Source of the DNA: a plasmid
Sequence record: NZ_CP020429.2
Strand: one strand, 5' to 3'
DNA length: 64,000 nucleotides
The first letter of the stretch is position 1; each line of letters opens with the position of its first letter. The position numbers were made by a program, and so were the translations under genes. The notes beneath the pieces were generated by a model. That model ran no database searches, was not told the origin of the DNA, and worked only from the letters and a program-made list of their open reading frames with translations. Shown here one piece after another: positions 56,295-64,000 of the stretch.

Positions 56295-58859
56295 ATGATT
56301 ACGTCAGAAGAAATCAAAGCACGTCTGTGGAATGGAGCTACCGAGCTTCGTGGTTCAATGGATGCTAGCCGTTACAAAGACTATATGTTAGGACTCATGT
56401 TCTATAAATTCCTGAGTGACAAGACACTCAAGACCTTTGCGGAATTATCAGGACTTTCTACTGATGTGGACATATTTGAGGAATATCAAAAGGCACACGA
56501 GTTATACGAAAAAGATCTTGAGAAGATGATCAGTGATAACTTAGGGTATGTAGTCAAACCTAAGTATTTGTATCAAAAATGGCTAAATGACATGAATACA
56601 GGACAGTTTGAAGTTCAGACAGTTACTGAAAGTCTTGGCGAATTTGAACGTAGTGTCGTTTCAACAGACGAGACAGACGATTTTAATGGCCTTTTCTCAA
56701 GCTCAACGTTGGATTTGTCTGATACAGCTCTTGGTAGTGACTTGAATACACGAAGCAAGAACATTCAGGCTCTTATTCGTCTTTTTGAAGACTTGGACAT
56801 GGTTGCCCTCCAAAAAAGTGATATTTTAGGGGATGCCTATGAGTACTTGATTGGGCAGTTCGCTATGGAGTCTGGGAAAAAGGCTGGTGAATTTTACACT
56901 CCTCACCAGGTTAGTGAAGTCATGGCTCAGATAGTTGCGACAAATAAGTCTCTAGCCTCTATCTATGACCCAACCGTTGGTTCAGGCTCACTCCTTTTGA
57001 CGGTAAAAAAACATTTATCTGAAGAGCAGCAGAAGGTTCTCAGCTACTACGGACAAGAAAAAAATACAGCTACTTACAACTTGACACGTATGAACCTCTT
57101 ACTTCATGGTGTACGTCCTGAGAAAATGAGCATTAAAAACGGTGATACCCTTGCACAAGACTGGCCAGAAGACCCAGAGCGTCCAGATGAAGGCGTACAG
57201 TTCGATGCGGTGGTTATGAACCCACCTTATTCAATTAAAAACTGGAACAGAGTCGGCTTAAAAGCTTCAGATCCACGCTTTGAAATTGCCAGTGTATTGC
57301 CTCCAGATTCAAAAGGGGATTTTGCCTTCCTTCTTCATGGGCTTTATCACTTATCAACTACTGGTACAATGGCCATTGTATTACCTCATGGGGTACTTTT
57401 CCGTGGCGGTGCAGAAGGCGAGATTCGCCAGAAACTCATTGAAAAGAATCAGATTGATACCGTTATTGGTCTACCAAGCAATTTATTCTCTAATACAGGG
57501 ATTCCAGTATGTATCATCATTTTGAAGAAAAATCGTGACTTGAATGAGCCTATTCTCTTTATTGATGCTTCGCATAACTTTATTAAAGTAGGGAAGCAAA
57601 ATGTCCTTCAAGAAAAAGATATTGCTAAGATTGTAGATACATACAGTAATCGTACAGAAGAAGAAGGCTACAGTCACTTAGCGAGTCGAAAGGAACTCAT
57701 CAGCAATGAGTTCAATATGAACATCCCTCGTTATGTAACAGCTATAGACAATGAGATTGCTCACGATGTTGATGCCCACTTATACGGAGGTATTCCAAAA
57801 GAGAATATTGAGGACTTGAAGATTCTCAATCAATTAGTACCAGATGTTTTAGAACAAGCCTTCACTGAAAAACGTCCTGGGTATTTGGCCTTAAACAAAA
57901 CGATTGATGCATTTTCAGATGAGGTGCTATCAAGTACGGTTGTACAAGAGACAATGACGCATGTGAAAGAAACGGTTGAAGCTTATCTGGATACCTATTG
58001 GACTCAGTTGCATGAGCTTGGTCAGGAACGTAGCTCTAGACAGGTTAAAGAAGCCATGTTAGCGGATATCAAACATCAGCTATCAGCCTTTGAACAACTT
58101 GACAGTTATGACGGGTATCAGATGATTGCTGAGATTTGGGCTAATAGCCTTGAACACGATTCAGAGTTTATTGAACAGTTAGGATTTTATCAAGCCGGTC
58201 GAACACGTGAGCCTAATATGGTCAAAAAAGGGAAGAAAAAAGAACCAGTTCAAGACGGTTGGAATGGAATTGTCGTCCCAAATAGTCTTATTGCTAGCGA
58301 ATTTTATGCCAAAGAGTTAGCTGAAATTGAGGCTTTCAAATCACGTATTGTTGAAATTGAAAGCGAAATGAGTGAGCTTGTAGAAAATGCTAAGGTAGAA
58401 GATAGTGATGAGTACAATGCTCTCTTTGATTCTCTTAAAAAGAATGAAGAGGGTGAGGCCCAAGACAGTTTTGAAGGCAAGTCTATTAAAGATAGTTTGA
58501 AGGAGGCTGAAAAAGGGTCTCTTGAGTATGATTTTCTCAAGAAAGTCGATGACTTGACCAAAGAAAAATCAGCTGTCAATAAAAAGATTAAGACCAAAGA
58601 GCAAGAGTTGAAAGAAGTAGTGGCTGATCGTATTCTTCAATTGACTGATGAAGAAGTCGATCAACTTCTATACAAAAAATGGTTTGGTTCAGTTATTGAG
58701 AAAGTGGAAGACTTAGTGGAGTCACCGCTTAAGGCTGAGATTGCAGTGATAGACGAATTAAACAAACGCTACTCTGAGACATTGGACACTCTGGATGATG
58801 AGATTGCCAAACTCGAAAAAGAACTTGAAGCAATGATGAAGGAATTGGTGGTACTTTAA
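56295..58859 (+). CDS. hsdM: type I restriction-modification methyltransferase subunit, long form
   Basis: RBS AAAGGGAGA; motif I YDPTVGSGSLLL, motif IV NPPYS; about 850 aa with a ~300-aa coiled-coil C-terminal extension. Confidence 0.85.
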   Translation: MITSEEIKARLWNGATELRGSMDASRYKDYMLGLMFYKFLSDKTLKTFAELSGLSTDVDIFEEYQKAHELYEKDLEKMISDNLGYVVKPKYLYQKWLNDMNTGQFEVQTVTESLGEFERSVVSTDETDDFNGLFSSSTLDLSDTALGSDLNTRSKNIQALIRLFEDLDMVALQKSDILGDAYEYLIGQFAMESGKKAGEFYTPHQVSEVMAQIVATNKSLASIYDPTVGSGSLLLTVKKHLSEEQQKVLSYYGQEKNTATYNLTRMNLLLHGVRPEKMSIKNGDTLAQDWPEDPERPDEGVQFDAVVMNPPYSIKNWNRVGLKASDPRFEIASVLPPDSKGDFAFLLHGLYHLSTTGTMAIVLPHGVLFRGGAEGEIRQKLIEKNQIDTVIGLPSNLFSNTGIPVCIIILKKNRDLNEPILFIDASHNFIKVGKQNVLQEKDIAKIVDTYSNRTEEEGYSHLASRKELISNEFNMNIPRYVTAIDNEIAHDVDAHLYGGIPKENIEDLKILNQLVPDVLEQAFTEKRPGYLALNKTIDAFSDEVLSSTVVQETMTHVKETVEAYLDTYWTQLHELGQERSSRQVKEAMLADIKHQLSAFEQLDSYDGYQMIAEIWANSLEHDSEFIEQLGFYQAGRTREPNMVKKGKKKEPVQDGWNGIVVPNSLIASEFYAKELAEIEAFKSRIVEIESEMSELVENAKVEDSDEYNALFDSLKKNEEGEAQDSFEGKSIKDSLKEAEKGSLEYDFLKKVDDLTKEKSAVNKKIKTKEQELKEVVADRILQLTDEEVDQLLYKKWFGSVIEKVEDLVESPLKAEIAVIDELNKRYSETLDTLDDEIAKLEKELEAMMKELVVL

Positions 58860-60097
58860 TGACGAATAGTGAATATGTGCCAAAGAGACGGTTTAAAGAG
58901 TTTGAAAGTAATGGTGAGTGGGTAAAAAGAAAATTAACAGATTTCATTGAGTTGTTTAGTGGATTAACCTATTCACCGAATGACGTGAGGAAATCCGGGA
59001 CATTAGTTTTGCGATCATCGAATATAAAAAATGGTGAAATTGTAGATGCTGATAATGTTTTTGTTACACCAGCAAAAGCAACATCTGAAAATGTTAAACC
59101 AGGAGATATTATTGTTGTCGTTAGAAATGGATCTCGCTCGTTAATTGGTAAGCATGCTAGAGTAAAATGTGAGAAACCTAACACAGTTATTGGTGCTTTT
59201 ATGGCTGGGATGCATACAGAACATTCTTTGTTTGTAAATGCACTATTAGATACTCCCAAATTTGGTGAAGAAATTGAGAAAAATATGGGTGCGACAATCA
59301 ATCAAATAACTGGTACCATGTTTTCAGAAATGGAGTTTATTATTCCAGATGAACTTGAACAAGACATTATTGGTGAATTTTTCCAAACAATCGACTCTCT
59401 TCTCTCTATCCATCAACATAAACTTGATAAACTCAAAAATCTGAAAAAAGCCTATCTCTCGGAAATGTTTCCAGCTGGAGGTGAGCGCGTGCCGAAACGT
59501 CGTTTTCCTGGTTTTGAAGGTGAGTGGGAACAGATGTTATTAGGAAAAATAGGGAAAGCCCAGTCGGGCATTGGATTTCCTGATTCTGAACAAGGAGGAA
59601 AAGTAGGTATTCCTTTTTATAAAGTATCAGATATGAATAATAACGGGAATGAGCATGAGATGGTTTTTGCAAATAACTACGTTACATTGGAACAGATGAG
59701 TCAAAGAGGATGGAAAGCAATTCATGATGTACCTGCGATATTTTTTGCGAAAGTGGGAGCAGCTGTTTTATTGAATCGTAAGAGATTGTGTAGAGTCCCA
59801 TTCCTTATGGATAACAATACTATGGCATTTTCTTTGGATACTTCAAAAGTTGATACAAATTTTGCTAAAACTATGTTTGAAACTGTCGACCTAACATCAT
59901 TAGTTCAAATTGGTGCGTTACCATCATATAATACGAGGGATGTAGAAAGTATATCGGTATTAGTTCCTGCTACAAAAGAACAGAAACAAATCGGAGATTT
60001 TTTCCATAAACTAGATAACTCTATCTCTCTCCAGCAACAAAAACTAGACAAACTAAACGATTTGAAAAAAGCCTATTTGAATGAACTATTCGTGTAA
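58859..60097 (+). CDS. hsdS: type I RM specificity subunit with two TRDs
   Basis: Conserved spacer repeats LDKLKNLKKAYLSEMF and LDKLNDLKKAYLNELF; start overlaps the hsdM stop. Confidence 0.85.
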   Translation: MTNSEYVPKRRFKEFESNGEWVKRKLTDFIELFSGLTYSPNDVRKSGTLVLRSSNIKNGEIVDADNVFVTPAKATSENVKPGDIIVVVRNGSRSLIGKHARVKCEKPNTVIGAFMAGMHTEHSLFVNALLDTPKFGEEIEKNMGATINQITGTMFSEMEFIIPDELEQDIIGEFFQTIDSLLSIHQHKLDKLKNLKKAYLSEMFPAGGERVPKRRFPGFEGEWEQMLLGKIGKAQSGIGFPDSEQGGKVGIPFYKVSDMNNNGNEHEMVFANNYVTLEQMSQRGWKAIHDVPAIFFAKVGAAVLLNRKRLCRVPFLMDNNTMAFSLDTSKVDTNFAKTMFETVDLTSLVQIGALPSYNTRDVESISVLVPATKEQKQIGDFFHKLDNSISLQQQKLDKLNDLKKAYLNELFV

Positions 60098-60130
60098 CGT
60101 GAGCTCCAGTTTGATATAGAAAGGACACCT

Positions 60131-63100
60131 ATGAGTAATACGCCCAAAAATGCTTCAGAAAAAGCATTTCAGGAAAATTTCGTAAAAGAATTAACGAAGT
60201 ATAAGTGGCAAGCTCCTGATAAACTAAATGGTAATCTTCATAAAGTCACTGTTCAAGACCTTATAAATAACTGGCGTGACGAGTTAAATCGTATCAATGC
60301 GGACATCTTAGAAGGTGTTGCCTTGACTGATGCCGAGTTCCAGCAAGTCATGGCGAAGGTCAAACAGATATCAAATAGTTATGAGGCCGCAAAGATACTT
60401 TCAATGGAAGGGTCAACGGGTAAAATTGACGGTATCTATCGTGACAGTCACCCAGATGTTACTAGACGACAAATTACACTAACGATTCTGAGAAAAGCTC
60501 AAGTTCGTGGTGGAGACTCTAATTATCAAATTGCACGTGAGGTACAGACTGACTATAATAATCGATTTGATATTGTGCTGTTAATTAATGGACTACCATT
60601 AATTAATATTGAGCAAAAACGTACGGATAAAACGTTAGACGAAGCCTTTGGACAATTCAAACGTTATTACCGCGAAGGTGAATACACTAATAACTTCATG
60701 GCCTTTTCACAAATGATGGTTGTGACAAGTGAGATTGAAACACGTTATTTTGCGACACCTAAAACACTCAACGATTTCAACCCTGCTTTTGTATTCCACT
60801 GGTCGCTTGTGAGAAAAAGTCAAGTTGATGGTAAGTTCTTGGGTCATCGTATTCTGACTGATTATCGAGAGGTCATTGAACATTTCTTAAAGATTCCTAT
60901 GGCCCATCAAATGGTTGGGGATTATTTGATAATAAATGAAGATAAACTTGAAGAAAATCGCCGTCATATGTTGATGCGACCTTATCAAGTCCACGCGTTA
61001 CAAGCCATTGAAAAGGCTGTTTTTGGCTCGCCAAATGATAGTATACCGCACGGTGGCTTTGTCTGGCATACTACTGGTTCAGGAAAGACCATCACAAGTT
61101 TTAAGACAGCTCAGTTCTTAGCCACTCGAACGGAGTTTGATAAGGTTGTTTTCTTATTAGATAGACGTGACCTTGACGACCAAACTTCAGAAGCCTTCAA
61201 GGCTTATTCCGTTTATGAATCGGTGAATGTGGATGATACAAAAAGTACCTATCAACTCAGAAGACAATTGATGTCTGCTAAGAGTGGTATTGTCGTTACA
61301 ACAACCTTTAAACTTCATAACTTAGTTGAAAGTCTTGTTGAAGGACAAGACGATAGTCTAAAAGAGAAGAAGATAATCTTTATTATTGATGAGGCCCATC
61401 GGACAACTATGGGTGGTATGATGGCTAAAATTAAAGAGTATTTCTTCCAAAACGGTTTGTTCTTTGGTTTTACCGGGACACCCTTGTTTGATGAAAATAA
61501 GGCTAAAGGTAAAGTCAATGAACGTAGTGAACTCATTAATACGACTGAAAAGCTGTTTGGCCCCTTGCTCCATCAATACACTATTGATGAAGCAATTGCG
61601 GACGGAAATGTCTTGGGTTTCCATGTTGACTACATCAATACTGGTGAGTTTAGGAATTATGATGACCTCCGTGAGCAACTGATTAAGACCTTATCTGAGC
61701 AACATCCAAAAAAAGGAGAAAAAGCTATCGCTCGCGAGGTCTATAAGTGGGATGATTTGGAGGTTGAAAACAAGGCTTCAGAAGAAGATATCTTAATCTA
61801 TCAAGATGAGACTCATATTCCACGAGTAGTTGAAGAAGTGCTAGATGGTTGGCAGGAACAGTCTCAAAACGGAGAGTTTAATGCAATCCTCACAGCAGCT
61901 TATAAAGAGCGTGTAATTGCCTATTACCATGAATTTAAGAAACAAATTGCTGAGAAATTTAAGGATGGTGAAGCTAAACCCAATGTCGCCATGACGTTTA
62001 GCTTTGGAAACGAAAATGATCCAGATAATATTGCTCTAGAAGTCGTTGATGAGATGTTTGAAGACTATGCTAGTTTTACTGGTATTTCCTTCATTCCTGG
62101 CAATAAGACTCATGGAGAAGCTGCTTACTTTGAAGATGTAACGGATCGTGCGAAACGTGGGGGTAGTGGTAGAAACCCTAAGAATATCGATATTCTTATT
62201 GTTGCTGACCAGTTACTAACAGGTTATGATTCGAAACGTATTAACACCCTTTATGTTGATAGACGTCTTGAACTTCAAGGTTTGATTCAGGCTTATTCTA
62301 GGACCAATCGTGTTTTTGGTTCTTCAAAGGAATTTGGAACGATTATTAATTTCCAATATCCAAGAATTACACAAGAACTTGTTAGGGCAGCCCTTGAACT
62401 ATATGGTAGCGGGGGTATGAATAGTAAAGTCATCGTTGATAAGTATGAGGATGCTGTCGATAAACTGAATAAGCGAATGATTAATCTCATCCAAGAACTT
62501 TCAGACCCAACACGATGGATAGACCTACGTGACGATAAAGAAGGTAAAAAACGATTTAAGGCAGCATTCAATGAAGCTGCTAAACAGTTAAATGTTGTTA
62601 AACAATATTATGAATTTGTTTGGGATAATAAGCGTTTTGGCCTTGATGAGCATAAGTGGCTTCAGTATATAGGTGCTTATAGAAACCTTTTCCCTAGAGT
62701 AGTTGGAGAGGGAACAGAAGAGGAAGAGATTCGGGAATTACAAGGGAGAACTAAACTTCAAGGTTCTCAAGTTATTGATGCTCAGAGCCTCATAGAGTTA
62801 ATTGGAAATAAGACGACTACAGAAGGCGGTTATATTGTTATCAATGATAATAATTTAGTCTTAGTTCTAGAGCAAATTCAAGAGTTGAGTAACCTTGGGG
62901 AGCATGAAATGGCTGAGTCTTTGAAACGCTTTGTCAATGAAGAATTGGTAGGTGGTCACATTCCGGCTACGAGTAATTTTGATGAAGCCTTTCAGGATTG
63001 GCAGGACAAGAAACAATTCGAAGAAGTTAAAGCATTTGCGTCCGAATGGGGGATTGATGCTGATTTACTTAGCAAATCGCTTAAGGAGTATAGTCTTATC

Positions 63101-63256
63101 AAGCCAGAAGAGATTCCATTTCGTGATGACATCTCTAAAACATTGGATCCTGATAAAGCAACAAATATCTTTGCAGGCAATAAGTTGATGCTTAATATGA
63201 AATTAGGTCCTGTTCTTCAAAAATGGATGCGTGACATTAAACAGAAATATAAGTGA
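60131..63256 (+). CDS. hsdR: type I RM restriction endonuclease/helicase subunit
   Basis: 1041 aa; nuclease region, helicase motif I TGSGKT and motif II IIDEAHRTT. Confidence 0.9.
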   Translation: MSNTPKNASEKAFQENFVKELTKYKWQAPDKLNGNLHKVTVQDLINNWRDELNRINADILEGVALTDAEFQQVMAKVKQISNSYEAAKILSMEGSTGKIDGIYRDSHPDVTRRQITLTILRKAQVRGGDSNYQIAREVQTDYNNRFDIVLLINGLPLINIEQKRTDKTLDEAFGQFKRYYREGEYTNNFMAFSQMMVVTSEIETRYFATPKTLNDFNPAFVFHWSLVRKSQVDGKFLGHRILTDYREVIEHFLKIPMAHQMVGDYLIINEDKLEENRRHMLMRPYQVHALQAIEKAVFGSPNDSIPHGGFVWHTTGSGKTITSFKTAQFLATRTEFDKVVFLLDRRDLDDQTSEAFKAYSVYESVNVDDTKSTYQLRRQLMSAKSGIVVTTTFKLHNLVESLVEGQDDSLKEKKIIFIIDEAHRTTMGGMMAKIKEYFFQNGLFFGFTGTPLFDENKAKGKVNERSELINTTEKLFGPLLHQYTIDEAIADGNVLGFHVDYINTGEFRNYDDLREQLIKTLSEQHPKKGEKAIAREVYKWDDLEVENKASEEDILIYQDETHIPRVVEEVLDGWQEQSQNGEFNAILTAAYKERVIAYYHEFKKQIAEKFKDGEAKPNVAMTFSFGNENDPDNIALEVVDEMFEDYASFTGISFIPGNKTHGEAAYFEDVTDRAKRGGSGRNPKNIDILIVADQLLTGYDSKRINTLYVDRRLELQGLIQAYSRTNRVFGSSKEFGTIINFQYPRITQELVRAALELYGSGGMNSKVIVDKYEDAVDKLNKRMINLIQELSDPTRWIDLRDDKEGKKRFKAAFNEAAKQLNVVKQYYEFVWDNKRFGLDEHKWLQYIGAYRNLFPRVVGEGTEEEEIRELQGRTKLQGSQVIDAQSLIELIGNKTTTEGGYIVINDNNLVLVLEQIQELSNLGEHEMAESLKRFVNEELVGGHIPATSNFDEAFQDWQDKKQFEEVKAFASEWGIDADLLSKSLKEYSLIKPEEIPFRDDISKTLDPDKATNIFAGNKLMLNMKLGPVLQKWMRDIKQKYK

Positions 63257-63266
63257 TAGTTCAAAT

Positions 63267-63300
63267 AAAGAGTCAGGATTTTCCTGGCTCTTTGATTTTT
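63267..63300 (+). terminator. intrinsic terminator after hsdR
   Basis: AAAGAGTCAGG/CCTGGCTCTTT stem, then GATTTTT. Confidence 0.6.
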
Positions 63301-63410
63301 GAGAGGTATCATAGGTGATATAAAGAATGATTATTATACACTAGGTTTCTTCCGGGTTGAAATTGTTAAATGGTATAATAGTAATGGGAATGAATTAGGA
63401 GGGAATTGCT

Positions 63411-64000
63411 ATGCCTAAGAAGATACTTTTTGCAGTTCTGATAGTTATTTCATTGTTCTTATGCAGTTCGGCTGTTAATAAGGCAATCACCTATGATAAC
63501 GACTTCATTATTTCGTTAGCTAAAGGGTTAGATAAACGGTGGGAGGATGCCAGTTCGAATTACGAGGACACTACGGCGTACTATGAAAAGGCCACACAAT
63601 TTGAGTTATCGGAAGTTGGAAGATATAAGGAAAGAACTTTTAAGGATAACAAACTCAAGAAATTGGCTATTGAATATATAAATGTTCTTGAGGATTCAAA
63701 AAAATTAACATCGAAGGAAAATGAACATTACTCTTCTGATCGTTGGGTTGAGTACAGAAAAAAGAGATATGAATTGATACTTGATATTCATTCAAGAAAG
63801 AAGATACCTGTCCAGGATACTAGACACTTACGTGATATCGTAAACATAGGAATAAAAGTAAAGCAAGCAAATGAAATAATCCAAGCACTTAAAAGAATTT
63901 TTAAGGGGAACAACTTTACAATCAGTAAAAGTAGCGAAAATAGTGATGAATTGAATTGTTCTGCTACATTTGAGAATACTACCGGTTATTATCTAAAATA
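63411..64000 (+). CDS. lipoprotein, partial (runs off the window end)
   Basis: RBS GGAGGGAATTGCT; signal peptide MPKKILFAVLIVISLFLCSS with a lipobox-like LFLC; open frame continues to 64000. Confidence 0.5.
   Translation, partial: MPKKILFAVLIVISLFLCSSAVNKAITYDNDFIISLAKGLDKRWEDASSNYEDTTAYYEKATQFELSEVGRYKERTFKDNKLKKLAIEYINVLEDSKKLTSKENEHYSSDRWVEYRKKRYELILDIHSRKKIPVQDTRHLRDIVNIGIKVKQANEIIQALKRIFKGNNFTISKSSENSDELNCSATFENTTGYYLK

Noticed and set aside
1-64000. Scan for tRNA or rRNA genes and CRISPR arrays
   Set aside because: No cloverleaf-compatible T-loop or anticodon arrangements were found. No regularly spaced short direct repeats with unique spacers were found.

Overview
The window is a low-GC Firmicute accessory region that looks like Streptococcus: YSIRK-type signal peptides, Rgg regulators, and a lanthipeptide leader resembling the streptin leader recalled from memory (no reference sequence was available to align). 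It is a mosaic of several modules.

1. 1-6800: an ASCH protein, a HigBA-like toxin-antitoxin module flanked by 195-bp direct repeats, a small ORF plus ABC ATPase and permease, a candidate small RNA, and a GNAT.

2. 7000-14841 and 37843-45090: a Gram-positive type IV secretion / conjugation module. It has a VirB2-like pilin, a VirB6-like protein, a Clp-like AAA+ ATPase, a VirB4-like protein and a PrgK-like three-domain cell-wall hydrolase. An 18-bp motif recurs upstream of its three transcription units.

3. 14842-37840: about 23 kb of cargo sitting between two conjugation transcription units.
   - A LysE exporter plus SAM-methyltransferase cassette bracketed by inverted hairpin repeats that look like insertion-sequence left ends.
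   - An Rgg regulator.
   - Two secreted CHAP/SH3b/Bsp-repeat proteins, one with a 534-bp tandem duplication.
   - A lipoprotein and a Fic toxin pair.
   - A streptin-like class I lantibiotic locus in the order lanR, lanK, lanA, lanT, lanC, lanB, lanF, lanE, lanG. The precursor core and the 5-prime third of lanT appear deleted.

4. 45560-53550: a second Rgg-like regulator; a lactococcin-972-family bacteriocin cassette with a truncated IS30 transposase, flanked by 138-bp direct repeats; an ABC-2 exporter; and an IS30 C-terminal fragment.

5. 53900-64000: a candidate type I toxin peptide, an AT-rich 341-aa orphan gene, a complete type I restriction-modification system (a long hsdM, then hsdS and hsdR), and a partial lipoprotein.

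No tRNA, rRNA or CRISPR array was seen.
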